Assembly (NCBI GenBank): GCA_965200965.1
Contig: OZ241744.1
Location: forward strand, 1,792,001 to 1,856,000
Source of the DNA: an uncultured Candidatus Binatia bacterium
GTDB taxonomy: Bacteria; Desulfobacterota; Binatia; Bin18
Direction: 5' to 3'
DNA: 64,000 nt
In this document: positions 39,248 to 50,847 of the stretch, piece by piece
How the letters are laid out: every line of letters begins with the position of its first letter
Numbering within the stretch: the first letter of the stretch is position 1
The notes under the pieces: generated by a model
Seen by the model: only the letters and a program-made list of their open reading frames with translations
Told to the model about the DNA's origin: nothing
Database searches by the model: none
Program-made: the position numbers and the translations under genes

Positions 39248-41612
39248 TCAGGCCGCGTACAGCCGGCGTTGCAGCTGACTGACCGCGCCGCGCAAGGCCC
39301 CACTCCCGCCAAAGCGGGAGGCGAGTTCAATCACGTTGCCCCAGCCGTTGAACGGCGGCACCTCAAGGATATCGGGCAGGGTGAACTGTGCGCTGCCGTG
39401 TTCGGTGTATTTTTCCAGCAGCGCGTCCAGCACCTCGCGGGCCGACCGGCCAAACGTTTCAAAGAAATCCGTTTCCTCCCGCCTCAGCCGCTCGGCCCGC
39501 TCGCGGCGCGTCCGCAGGGGCGCGTTGTAGGCCAGATGACATAACAGGTCAAAGGGGTCAGCCTCGGGCTTGCCGACGGACTCAGCAAGGGTTTCGATCT
39601 CAATCCCTCTCCGCTCCAGGTCCTCAACGATCCGCGCCCGCGGACCGGGCTCGCGCCAGTCCGTGCGCAACTCGGAGGCGTTCGGGTAAAGCGTGCGGAC
39701 CGTGTCGCCCGTGTAGTCGGTGAGCTGACGGACCGAGAGTCTTTTCCCCTCGGCGTCGAGCTCAAAGACCAGGTGTCGCAGAATCTCCACCCACCCACCG
39801 TCAACATACAGCTTACGCGGCTCGGCGTCCGGCGGCTCATCTACCTCCGGTGCAGTGTCGAAATCTTCGGTAGAAGCGACCGGCTCAGCCGTCTCCTGCT
39901 CCTCAAGCACAGCGCCGGCAGCGTCAACAACGGCCTTCCGCTCGCCGACCGGCTGGCCGTCAAAAGCCGGGTCGGCGAACTTCCCGGTCGCGGTCCCGGT
40001 GTAGTCAATGATGTTGAAGGCCAGTTTGCCGTAGTCGGGACGCAGCCGGGTGCCCCGGCCGATAATCTGCTTGAACTCGGGCAGTGAGCCGACCACGCGG
40101 GCCAGGACGATGTTCTTGCAGGTCGGCGCGTCAACGCCGGTGGTCAGCAACTGTGAGGTCGTCAGGACGGCCGGCGTCCTGGTCTCGACATCCTGGAACT
40201 TGGCGCGGTGGGCGCTGCCAATATCGCCCTCGTCCGCGGTCACGCGACAGAGATAGTCAGGGTAGTGTTTGACCAGGTCGGCGTTGAGCGAGGCCAGGGC
40301 GTGGCGCATCTCCGAGGCGTGCTCCTGGTCAACACAGAACACGATAGTCTTGGCAAAGCGGTCGGTCTGCTTGAGGAAACCGGTCAGATGCCGGGCGATG
40401 GCCCGGGTCCGGGCGCGGAGGGCAACGCTCCGCTCAAAGTCCTTTGTCGCGTACTCGGCGTCTGGAATCTGTCTGCCGTAGCGGTCACGCTCGCCCCTGG
40501 GCCGGCCTCCAGCCGGCAGCGTCATAGTCGGTGATGACCCGGTGGACGCGGTAGGGGGCGAGAAAACCATCGGCAATGCCTTGAGCCAGGCTGTATTCGT
40601 ACAGCGGGTCGCCAAAGTAGGCGTAGGTGTCGGCGTTGTCCTGCCGGCGGGGCGTGGCCGTCATGCCGAGTTGATAGGCCGGCTCGAACCATTCCAGAAT
40701 CTCCCGCCAATGGCTGTCATCGCGTGCGCTGCCGCGGTGGCATTCGTCCACCAGGACCAAGTCGAAGAAGTCTCTCGGATACGCGCGGTACAGCCCCGGG
40801 CGGTTCTCATCACGCGCAATGGCCTGGTAGATGGCAAAGTACATATCCCGGCTCTTTACCGCCTCGCCACCGCCGATCTTGTGCCGGGCGTCGCCGAACG
40901 GGCGGAAGTCCTTTGCTATTGGATCATCAACCAGAACGTTGCGGTCAGCCAGGAACAGCATTTTCGGTTTCCGCCCCGTGCCTGTGGCGTTCCAGCCGGC
41001 CGTCCACAGCTTCCAGCATATCTGGAAGGCCACCGCGGTCTTGCCGGCACCGGTACACAGGGTCAGGAGGACGCGCCGGTGCCCCTGCAAAACGGCTTGC
41101 AACGCGCGGTTGACCGAGAGTTCCTGGTAGTAGCGGAGCGGCTTTGCCCGGTCGGGATGGCTCGGGGTGAGCAGAGTGTCGGCCACGCGGTCATCGATGA
41201 TGGCGTCTGCCTCTCGCAGGCGGTGCCACAGTTCCTCGGGCCGGGGGAACTCGGCACGGTCACGTTCAAGGCCGGTCGTAGAGTCGAACTCAATAAGTTC
41301 GCTGCCATTGGTCGCATAGGCAAACTTCAGGCCGAGGATGTCGGCGTAGTCTTTGGCCTGCTGGAGCCCATCGCTCGCCCGCCTGTGACGCGCCTTGGCC
41401 TCAACGACCGCAATGGGAAAGTCGGAGCGATAGCGCAACAGATAGTCGGCGCGCTTCTGTCTGCCGCGCCTGGCCCTGTTGCCGACAAAGAGAACCCGGC
41501 CGTCGGTGAAGGTCCGCTGCTCGTTGATGGCGTGGGGCGGAGCATCCCAGCCGGCTGCCTGCAACTTGGGGACAACAAACTTCCGGCAGGTATCGGCTTC
41601 GGTCAGCGGCAC
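39248..41612 (-). pseudogene. hsdR: Type I RM restriction subunit (EcoEI-like), frameshifted near 40495
   Basis: VVEAK, QQAKDY, TGAGKT, DECH, MTATP in one frame; LTTGVD, QIIGRGTR and an EcoEI-type C-terminus in the next; one extra base in the CCAGGGG run. Confidence 0.9.
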
Positions 41613-41624
41613 GCAAACACCTCT

Positions 41625-42809
<1,185 letters not shown>

Positions 42810-42871
42810 CAGCACCCTTCCTCTTTTCCTCACTGGCCCGCGGTCAGCCCCAGCTCTCCACCCTGCTCTGC

Positions 42872-45103
42872 TCACTCGGACAGCGGCCCCTCAGCGGCAA
42901 AGCGGCGCAGGACATTGTCGGTAATGCGCGACACGTTGTTCTCATAGCCGTTGTGAGACAAGGCTCCACACCAGGCGATCGAACTGGACGAAAAGACTGC
43001 TCCGCCTTTGGGATATTCACAATACACCATATCGGCCCGGACCTTGGGGTTGACCGTGCCGCCCTGGCGCGAATCGCTCGACAGGACCTCTTCAATCACA
43101 TGCTGGTAGGCGTCCGAATGGCCGGACGAGGAGGCCAGCACCAGGGCGTGGGCCGGCGTGCCCAGGGAAGGTTCGGCGCGGTCCAGCTCAAAACCTGCCG
43201 CCCCGTAGTTCAAGACCAGCGAGTCAAAATCGCCTATCGCTTCGTCGGCTTCGATGCCTTCAAAAATAAACCCCGCGCGCGGGTCAAAGCTGCCCGGCTG
43301 GCGCTGATAGGCGGCGCTGGTGTCAAAGCCCTGGCTGGTAAAGCCAACCCCGACCAGGCCTTGCGGCGCTCTGCCGCGTGAACGCCACAGGCCGCCCGGC
43401 TCCCCGGTGGTGCTGTGATAATACTCGCCAGGTCTGGCCTGCCAGGTGCGCGTCCCGCCCCAGCGCCGGACCTCAATCACATGTGGCCGACCGGGGGCAA
43501 ATGAGGTTACCCAGTAGAAGCCGTTGCCGCCCAGATACATCAGCCGCCCGCCGTTTTGCAGGTAGCTTTCCAGGGCGTCCAGCATCGGCCCTGACCAGTA
43601 CTCGGGGTGAATGCCGGTGAGAATGACCCTGTAGCCGGCCAGCAGGTCCAGGCCCTCGTGGTGCAGGTCCTCATCGGTGATGACATCAGAGGCGTGGCCT
43701 TTGGCTTCGAGCCAGTCAAGCAGGTGCAGGTCAGCGGGAAACTGGTGCGGGCAGCCAAGCGCCCGCATGTAATAGCGGGGGCGCATATTCATAATCGGCC
43801 GCAGGCGTGAGGAATAACACACCCCGCTGCCGTCCGTGTGGTGGTCGTACAGGCTGACCAGACCGTTGGCCGCGGAATAGCGATCTTCGGCAGTCGCCTC
43901 GCCCTGATGCTGGTTGGGGGCCAGGCCCGGCGGAATATCGGTCAGTTGCTCGTTGGCATAGGCCAGATAACTGTTGGTGGGAGCCAGGAAAGCAATATCG
44001 GCGCTGGGCTGACCTTGTGGCGGATGCACAAAAAACGGAATATGGTCTTCGTCGTCCCCGGTGCGCAGGCGGGCGGCATACACCCCGCTTTTCAGCCCGG
44101 CCGGCAGGGTCCAGGCAAAATCCACCTGCCAGCCGGCGTCCTCAAGGTCGTCATCGTGAAAATGCATAGCCCCGTACTCGTGCGGAGCGCGCTGAAAGCA
44201 GGTTTCCTGCCCCCTCCAGTTATGGCCGGTCATGGCCCGGGCCGGCATATTGACCGTGTGGCCGTGCAAGCCGTGGGGTGCAGTGTCTCTGACTGTCGCC
44301 GAGGCCATATCGACCGAAAAATCCCAGGCGGCGACAAGATCATCACCAAAGGCCAGCGGTGAGGCCCCGCGCTGGAGCGAGATCAGTTCTTCTTGACTCA
44401 GAGCACGGCGGAACACGCGCGGGCGGTCGAGCTTGCCGTTGAAATGTCGCTCAACCCGGGACTCTCCGTCGGCCCCAGCCTGCCACAGGCCGGCCATCAG
44501 AAAGTCGGCTGTGGTCGTGTGGACCGTCCGGCTGTTGGTCGAGGCAGTCGCCACCCCCCGGGTCGGATCGTGGGGCCAAGTCCGCAGCGGCTCCTGATAG
44601 ACCGCCAGCGTTCCGCTTTGGGCGTCAAAGGTTGCCGCCACAAAATACCACTCTGCGGCGCGCAATGACGCACCACCCCGCACCTGCCGCCGGCGGCCTT
44701 CGGCATCAGTCAGCCACAGGGCCAGGACCCCGCCGGCCTCAAGCACCAAAGCATAGCCGCGGTCAGCGGCCGCCCATTTGGCAAGAATCCCCTGTTCACC
44801 TTTGTGCGGAGTGGTGGGATAGAGCCAGGCTTGCAGGCTGAAGCTGGTGTGCAGGCGGAGCGCCGGGGCGTCGGGCACGACGATGTGCGAGCCAGTGTGG
44901 AGCACCTGTTCACGGCCCGGGTACTCACCGCTGACCGTCGTCTGAACACGCTCCTCTTTGAAGCCCGGACCGCGTGGATTGGGATCACCGTGGATCAGGC
45001 GCACCATATCGGCCTGATAGCGCGGCCGCCGGCAACTGACATGAAAATGAATCGTTTCACCTGGAGCGACGCTGAGTTGATCAGCATAGCCGACGATCTC
45101 CAT
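42872..45103 (-). CDS. N,N-dimethylformamidase large-subunit family protein with a LamG insert
   Basis: GYAD.LSVAPGE, GAMHFHDDDL, YLAYAN, SLYD.H.DGSG, HPEYWS, MYLGGNGFYW, NNVSRIT.NVL. Confidence 0.88.
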   Translation of the reverse strand: MEIVGYADQLSVAPGETIHFHVSCRRPRYQADMVRLIHGDPNPRGPGFKEERVQTTVSGEYPGREQVLHTGSHIVVPDAPALRLHTSFSLQAWLYPTTPHKGEQGILAKWAAADRGYALVLEAGGVLALWLTDAEGRRRQVRGGASLRAAEWYFVAATFDAQSGTLAVYQEPLRTWPHDPTRGVATASTNSRTVHTTTADFLMAGLWQAGADGESRVERHFNGKLDRPRVFRRALSQEELISLQRGASPLAFGDDLVAAWDFSVDMASATVRDTAPHGLHGHTVNMPARAMTGHNWRGQETCFQRAPHEYGAMHFHDDDLEDAGWQVDFAWTLPAGLKSGVYAARLRTGDDEDHIPFFVHPPQGQPSADIAFLAPTNSYLAYANEQLTDIPPGLAPNQHQGEATAEDRYSAANGLVSLYDHHTDGSGVCYSSRLRPIMNMRPRYYMRALGCPHQFPADLHLLDWLEAKGHASDVITDEDLHHEGLDLLAGYRVILTGIHPEYWSGPMLDALESYLQNGGRLMYLGGNGFYWVTSFAPGRPHVIEVRRWGGTRTWQARPGEYYHSTTGEPGGLWRSRGRAPQGLVGVGFTSQGFDTSAAYQRQPGSFDPRAGFIFEGIEADEAIGDFDSLVLNYGAAGFELDRAEPSLGTPAHALVLASSSGHSDAYQHVIEEVLSSDSRQGGTVNPKVRADMVYCEYPKGGAVFSSSSIAWCGALSHNGYENNVSRITDNVLRRFAAEGPLSE

Positions 45104-45138
45104 GTGTGTCTCCCTCCTGATAGCGCCCCGCCGGCCGC

Positions 45139-45759
45139 CTAGTGGCCGAGGCCGGGGATGGCTTCCAAATGCGGTAAGGGATGGCCTATAACGTCCGAAA
45201 AAAGCAGCAACACCCGGTGGGTGATCCCCCACACCACCTGCTGGCGGTAGCCAATCGCCGGGTACCATATGGAGACGCGCCGGGTCGGGAGATTGAGCGC
45301 GGTGGCGTTGCGCTCGTCCCACAGATGCGCCAGGGGTATCCAGTACGCCTCCCCAACCTCGTCGTTGGGGGTCAGCGGGGCGAGGGTCGGCCCCAGGTAA
45401 TACACAAACGGGGCGAGGAACAGCAGCCGGTCGCGGCCACGCAGCACGATCGACAGTTCGGCCAGCGCTCCCAGCCGGTGGGCGGGCGCTAACACGAGAC
45501 CCACCTCTTCATACGTCTCCCGTTCGGCCGTTTCCTGTAAACTGGCATCCTCTGGCGCGGCCCGGCCGCCCGGCAGGGCCATATCGCCCGCCCAGGGGTC
45601 ACCCGCCCGGTCGGCCCGACGGATGACGCACAGGTACAGGGCGGGTTCAGCCCCGGCTAAGACCAGCGCCACCGCGGTCCGGTTGCGGTCGAGTTGAGAC
45701 ATCCCCCCGGCTGGGGTGTGCTGAGCCAGAGCGTGCTCAATGGCGGCAATGCGGAACAT
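45139..45759 (-). CDS. Nudix hydrolase (CoA pyrophosphatase-like)
   Basis: DPWAGDMALPGG....D......A.RETYEEVG Nudix box; VWGIT. Confidence 0.88.
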   Translation of the reverse strand: MFRIAAIEHALAQHTPAGGMSQLDRNRTAVALVLAGAEPALYLCVIRRADRAGDPWAGDMALPGGRAAPEDASLQETAERETYEEVGLVLAPAHRLGALAELSIVLRGRDRLLFLAPFVYYLGPTLAPLTPNDEVGEAYWIPLAHLWDERNATALNLPTRRVSIWYPAIGYRQQVVWGITHRVLLLFSDVIGHPLPHLEAIPGLGH

Positions 45760-45863
45760 GGCTGGCGGCAATTATTCTGCCCTTGGGCCGGCTTTGTCAA
45801 ACCAACCTGAGCTTGACGCTGATACCGGAGCGGAGTAGGGATGACGACACAGGAGGAGCGCCT

Positions 45864-46307
45864 ATGGCCAAAACCTATGCCAGACAGATGCTATCGTATG
45901 AGACTGCTGCCAAGATGGTAGCCGCGGCAGTTGCCAAAGCCGAGGAGTTGGGGTGCAAACAGAATGTGGCGGTGGTTGATAGCGGGGGCAATCTGAAAGC
46001 CCTGGCCAGTATGGACGGAGCGCTGTTGCTCGGCATTGAGGGCTGTCAGCGCAAGGCGTTTACGGCGTTGTTTGGGGTCGGCACCCAAGACCTGTACGGC
46101 CGCATCAAGGACAACCTGTCGCTGGTGGTCGGCCTGTCCCACTTCTCACGCGCGACCCTGGTCGGGGGCGGCCTGCCGATTGTGGTCAATGGAGAAGTAA
46201 TCGGCGGGATCGGGGTCGGGGGCGGGACGCTTGACGAAGACATCGCCTGCTCTCAGGCCGGGCTGGACGCTCTTGCCGACGAATCGTCAGAGAAAGGAAG
46301 CCTGTGA
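45864..46307 (+). CDS. GlcG/HbpS family heme-binding protein
   Basis: VAVVDSGG.L....MDGA, KAFTA, GGLPI...GEVIGGIGVGG; AGGAGG RBS. Confidence 0.88.
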   Translation: MAKTYARQMLSYETAAKMVAAAVAKAEELGCKQNVAVVDSGGNLKALASMDGALLLGIEGCQRKAFTALFGVGTQDLYGRIKDNLSLVVGLSHFSRATLVGGGLPIVVNGEVIGGIGVGGGTLDEDIACSQAGLDALADESSEKGSL

Positions 46308-47173
46308 TGCAAACCATCAGCAAAGAGCATATTGTACGGACGTTTGACGCCGCGCACCCCGCGGCTGCCACGGTCAAGCCCGGGGAAGTGTTTGTGATGG
46401 AAACCAACGACCGCTTTCGAGACTGGAACGAGGGCGGGGAGTGGCCCATGGAGCAGCTGGCCGTCATGACCGGGCCGGTCTGTATTGACGGCGTGCAGCC
46501 CGGCCAGGTGCTGGCCGTGGAAGTGTTGGACATCAAAGCCTCCCAGGGCTTCGGCTATGTGGTGACAATTCCGGGCTTCGGCCTGCTCAAAGACCGGGTC
46601 GAGTTTCGGAAAAAAGTCGTCCCGATTGAGGGCAACCGCATTCGCTACAGCGACACCCTGAGCCTGCCTTTTCTTCCCAATATCAGCAAAATCGGCTTGG
46701 CTCCGGCCTCGGGCTCTCAGCCGAGCGGGGCGTGTGGAGATTTCGGCGGTCAGCTCAGCAACAGCCAGCTGGGGGTTGGCTCAACCGTCTTTTTGCCGGT
46801 GTTTATTGAGGGCGGGCTGCTGACCATTGAAGACGTCCATGCCAGGATGGGCGATGGTGAGGCCACCGCCTCGGCGGTGGAGATTGCGGCCGGCGTGACG
46901 CTGCGCTGTCAGATTGCGACGGAACTGCCGCTCGGCCAGCCGATCGTTATCACCCGGGACGAGGTTCAGACCATGGGCAGTGGCGAAACGGCCGAAGCCG
47001 CGGCACGGGCGGCCCTGGACGAACTGGCCCGGCTGCTGGTTGAGCGGACCGGGGCCGATATGACCGAGGCGGCGATGCTGGCCAGCGTGGCGGCCGATCT
47101 GCGCATTTCCGAGATGGCCGGCAGCCCGTGTCATATCCGGGCGGCCATGAAGCGCGAGATTCTGGGTCTGTAG
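46304..47173 (+). CDS. Acetamidase/formamidase family protein
   Basis: V.PGE..V.ET.D, TGPV.I.G..PG..L.V..LDI, FGG.L.N, D.HA.MGDGE. Confidence 0.85.
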   Translation: MMQTISKEHIVRTFDAAHPAAATVKPGEVFVMETNDRFRDWNEGGEWPMEQLAVMTGPVCIDGVQPGQVLAVEVLDIKASQGFGYVVTIPGFGLLKDRVEFRKKVVPIEGNRIRYSDTLSLPFLPNISKIGLAPASGSQPSGACGDFGGQLSNSQLGVGSTVFLPVFIEGGLLTIEDVHARMGDGEATASAVEIAAGVTLRCQIATELPLGQPIVITRDEVQTMGSGETAEAAARAALDELARLLVERTGADMTEAAMLASVAADLRISEMAGSPCHIRAAMKREILGL

Positions 47174-47182
47174 CTTGACAGC

Positions 47183-47533
47183 TCAGGAAATCTCCACATC
47201 CTCAACAATGAAGACGCGGGAGCTGGCAAAGTCAACAAACTTCAGTTCGTCCGGTCGGATTAGTTCGAGATAGCGAGGATGGCTGAAGGCTCGGCCGATG
47301 TCCTCAACGCTGTCAAACCACAGCTCGGCGATGCCGTCGAACGGGGCGTCGTCCTGGGGCGGGAAGCCGGGCACTGGATCGCTCAGGGTGTGGCCCTGGA
47401 CATAGCGACGGACATAGCCCCAGAACTCGGGCACGCTGCGGACGAGCGGCCCGTGCCGGTTTTTCCAGTAGTCCTGAAACTCGGCGGTTGTCATCCCGGC
47501 TTTGCGGCGCGCGCAGGCAACAAATTTGACCAT
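47183..47533 (-). CDS. EthD-domain protein
   Basis: RKAGMT..EF..YW...HGPL, RYVQ.H, DGIAELWFDS, DE.KFVD. Confidence 0.88.
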   Translation of the reverse strand: MVKFVACARRKAGMTTAEFQDYWKNRHGPLVRSVPEFWGYVRRYVQGHTLSDPVPGFPPQDDAPFDGIAELWFDSVEDIGRAFSHPRYLELIRPDELKFVDFASSRVFIVEDVEIS

Positions 47534-47727
47534 CAGCTTCTCCCTCCACGGGCTGGGCTGTCTGACTGCCGGACTATAGCCTGCCGTTGGCGGAGAGTCA
47601 AACGCCGCCGGCCTCATCCTCCCACCGCCTGATACGCGCCGCCTTATAGGTCTCTGCATCCTCTTCAATTTTGGCGATCTGGCCAGCCCGGCAGTGGTGG
47701 GGCGGGCGGGTCACGAGCAGGGCGGAC

Positions 47728-49446
47728 TCACATCGCTTCCAGGGTCTCAATTCCCAACAACTCTAAGCCCGTCTTCAAGTAGCGGGCGGTCAGGGCACAC
47801 AGCAACAGCCGGGTCGGGCGGTGGTCCGGGGGCGCTTTGAGCACCTGATGAGCCTGGTAGAAGAGGTTGAATCTGGTGGCCAGATCGTACAAAAAACCGG
47901 CCAGCAGATTGGGTTTATAGGTACGCTCGACTTCGAGCAAGACATCGCCAAAGCGAATCATCTGTTTGGCCAGCGCTTGTTCTTCTGGCGCGTGGAGCCG
48001 GATGTCCATATCCGCCGTGGGCTGCCAGTCGGCCAAGTCACCGCGCCGAAAAATCGAACGAATACGGGCGTAGACATACTGGAGATACGGAGCGGTGTTG
48101 CCCTCAAAGGCCAGCAGCTTGTCCCAACTGAACCGATAGTCGGCCGTGCGGTTCTGCATCAGGTCGGCGTATTTCACCGCCCCAAGCCCAACCACCCGGG
48201 CAACCTCTTGCTGCTCGGCCTCAGACAGACTTGGATTTTTGTCGTGGACCACGACCAGGGCACGCTGTACGGCTTCGTCGAGCAGCGCTTCGAGCTTGAC
48301 CGGCTCCCCCTCGCGGGTCTTAATCGGCCTCCCGTCCTCGCCCAGGATGGTCCCAAACCAGACATGGTTGAGCTCAGGCCGATAGCCCCACCTCCGGGCG
48401 GCGGCAAACAGCTGCTTGAAGTGGAGCTGCTGGCGGCCGTCAGTCACATACACAATGCGGCCCGGCTGAAACGTTTCGACCCGATATTGAATCGTCGCCA
48501 AGTCGGTGGTGGCATACAGATAGGCCCCGTCCGACTTCTGGATCAGAAACGGGCGCTCGGACAACTGGGGGTCATCGTCATAAAAGATGCACACCGCCCC
48601 TTGACTGGGGCGAGCAATGCGCCTGGCCTGTAAGTCCTGCACCACCCTGGCCAGCATCGGATGATAAAAACTCTCGCCCAGCCAGTGGTCAAAGCTGATA
48701 TTGAGCCGCTGGTAGAGTCGCTCAAAGGCGTGGCGTGAAATATCCAGAAACTCTTGCCACAGGGCCGTATTCTCAGCATCGCCTTGTTGCAGCTTGGCCA
48801 GCTCGTGGCGGGCCTGCTCGGCGACCGCCGGCTGCGTCTTGGTCTGGGCCTGCACGACCTTATAGATGCGCTCCATTTCGCTGAGCGGATCGCGGCGGTA
48901 GGCGTCTGTGTCCAACACGGTCCGATAGCCAACGATCAGCATCCCGAACTGGGTGCCCCAGTCACCAACGTGGTTGTCCGTCACCACCCTGTGGCCGACA
49001 AAGCGCAGGAGGCGGGCCAGGGCGTCGCCCAGAATCGTTGAGCGGATGTGGCCGACGTGCATGGGCTTGGCGATATTGGGTGCGCTGAAATCAATCACAA
49101 TCGTTTCCGGCTGATCGACAGGCCCCAGCCCCAGCCGGACATCAAGGGCGGTCTTGATAAGGATCTGGCCGAGCCAGTCAGGATCGAGGCGAAAATTGAT
49201 AAAGCCGGGTCCGGCAATCTCCCAGCGAGCCGGAATTTCATCACGACTCAGCCGATCGCTTACCTCTTGGGCGAGCTGGCGGGGGTTTTTCTTTTGCGTC
49301 TTGGCCACCGCCATCACTCCGTTCGCCTGATAATCGCCAAAGCGTGGATTGACCGCGGGGTTGACCAGGGCGGGGGCCGAGGTCCCGCTGGCTGCGGCCA
49401 GGGCTTGGGTCGTTTTTTCTTCGAGCAGCTGTTGAATCGTTGCCAT
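47728..49446 (-). CDS. argS: Arginine--tRNA ligase
   Basis: FGDYQAN, AGPGFINF, PNIAKPMHVGHIRSTILGD, GDWGTQFG, GNTAPYLQY, C-terminal M. Confidence 0.97.
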   Translation of the reverse strand: MATIQQLLEEKTTQALAAASGTSAPALVNPAVNPRFGDYQANGVMAVAKTQKKNPRQLAQEVSDRLSRDEIPARWEIAGPGFINFRLDPDWLGQILIKTALDVRLGLGPVDQPETIVIDFSAPNIAKPMHVGHIRSTILGDALARLLRFVGHRVVTDNHVGDWGTQFGMLIVGYRTVLDTDAYRRDPLSEMERIYKVVQAQTKTQPAVAEQARHELAKLQQGDAENTALWQEFLDISRHAFERLYQRLNISFDHWLGESFYHPMLARVVQDLQARRIARPSQGAVCIFYDDDPQLSERPFLIQKSDGAYLYATTDLATIQYRVETFQPGRIVYVTDGRQQLHFKQLFAAARRWGYRPELNHVWFGTILGEDGRPIKTREGEPVKLEALLDEAVQRALVVVHDKNPSLSEAEQQEVARVVGLGAVKYADLMQNRTADYRFSWDKLLAFEGNTAPYLQYVYARIRSIFRRGDLADWQPTADMDIRLHAPEEQALAKQMIRFGDVLLEVERTYKPNLLAGFLYDLATRFNLFYQAHQVLKAPPDHRPTRLLLCALTARYLKTGLELLGIETLEAM

Positions 49447-49573
49447 AGCGGTTGAGGGAACAGGAGCGTTGGGCCACCGGTAGATGTAGCAAATGCCGTT
49501 CTGGCTTCGCAAGGGTCACGATCCATTTGCGTCGGTTCCGGCTTTGTGTCATTTTCTGGCTGGGAACGGAGAA

Positions 49574-50812
49574 TTGGACAAGAACGCGGGACAAGATTTT
49601 GGCGTGAGTCGGCTCAGCCCCCAGTTGGCCCAGTGGCGCGAATGGCTGGCTCTGCGTTCGGTGCGCGGGGTAGGCAATGTCAGCTTCCGCATGCTGCTTG
49701 AGCGCTTTGATTCGCCTCAGGCCGTCTTTGCCGCGTCTGTGGCACGGCTGACCGATGCCGGATTTCAGCCCGCGGTCGCCCGGGCTATTGTGAGCTTTGA
49801 CCAATGGGGAGCGGTTGACGCCGAGTTGGAGCAGATCGTTCGGGCTGGGGTGCGCCTGGTGACCCAGGCTGATTCGGAATATCCGAAAAATCTCACCCAC
49901 ATTCATGACCCCCCGCCCTTTGTGTATATCCGTGGCAGCTTGGAGCCGCAGGACCAGGTCGCCGTCGCGATTGTAGGCGCACGGTCTGCCAGCCCCTACG
50001 GTCGAGATGTGACCAGACAGCTGGCGCGTGATTTAGCCCACAGACGAGTGACCGTGGTGAGCGGGTTGGCCCGGGGTATTGATGCCGAGGCGCACCGTGC
50101 GGCGCTGGAGGCCGGGGGACGGACGATTGGCGTGCTTGGGTCGGGGCTGGATGTGCTCTACCCGTCCGAGCATAGGCGACTGGCCCAGGACATGACCCAG
50201 CACGGCGCAGTGATTTCGGAATTCGCTCTGGGCAGCCAACCCGAAGCCGGCAATTTTCCCTACCGCAACCGGGTTATCAGCGGCCTGAGCCTGGGGACGA
50301 GCCCAAGGGGCACGGTCCGTAGCGGCCCCGGGGACCGCAACCGGGTTATCAGCGGCCTGAGCCTGGGGACGGTGGTCATTGAGGCAGCCGAAAAGAGCGG
50401 CTCTTTGATAACCGCCCGCTGCGCCCTGGAGCAAAATAGAGAGGTGTTTGCCGTTCCGGGCCATATCACCGCCAGCCGGAGCCGGGGGCCGCACGATTTG
50501 ATCAAACAGGGGGCAAAGCTAGTTGAGAGCGTTGAGGATATTCTGGTTGAAATTGCGCCGACGGTTCCAGTCCGGGCTGAGGCTCAAGACGGCACCGGGG
50601 CGGTGTCTGGCCAGCCTGGGCTATCCGCTATCGCGGCCCTTGAGCCCGACGAAGAGCTGCTGGTCAAGCTGTTTGACGGGGAGCCCTTGCATGTCAATGT
50701 CTTGATTGCCAGAAGTGGACTTGGGCCGGCCCGCGTGCTTGAGGTATTATTAGGGCTGGAACTCAAAGGGATGGTCAGCCAACTGCCCGGCACCCATTTT
50801 ACCCGGGTCTGA
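49574..50812 (+). CDS. dprA: DNA-processing protein DprA carrying a 24-aa in-frame insertion (start uncertain; alternative GTG at 49604)
   Basis: VAIVGAR, VVSGLARGID..AH, RNRVISGLS (present twice), VIEA..KSGSLITA, REVFAVPG; upstream of topA. Confidence 0.93.
   Translation: MDKNAGQDFGVSRLSPQLAQWREWLALRSVRGVGNVSFRMLLERFDSPQAVFAASVARLTDAGFQPAVARAIVSFDQWGAVDAELEQIVRAGVRLVTQADSEYPKNLTHIHDPPPFVYIRGSLEPQDQVAVAIVGARSASPYGRDVTRQLARDLAHRRVTVVSGLARGIDAEAHRAALEAGGRTIGVLGSGLDVLYPSEHRRLAQDMTQHGAVISEFALGSQPEAGNFPYRNRVISGLSLGTSPRGTVRSGPGDRNRVISGLSLGTVVIEAAEKSGSLITARCALEQNREVFAVPGHITASRSRGPHDLIKQGAKLVESVEDILVEIAPTVPVRAEAQDGTGAVSGQPGLSAIAALEPDEELLVKLFDGEPLHVNVLIARSGLGPARVLEVLLGLELKGMVSQLPGTHFTRV
50262..50371 (+). 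repeat. 38-bp perfect direct repeat flanking a 34-bp unique insert (repeat-spacer-repeat)
   Basis: ACCGCAACCGGGTTATCAGCGGCCTGAGCCTGGGGACG at 50262-50299 and 50334-50371; insert at 50300-50333. Confidence 0.95.
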
Positions 50813-50847
50813 GTTGGCAGGGGTTGGGGATGAAGGGGGCTGAAAGA

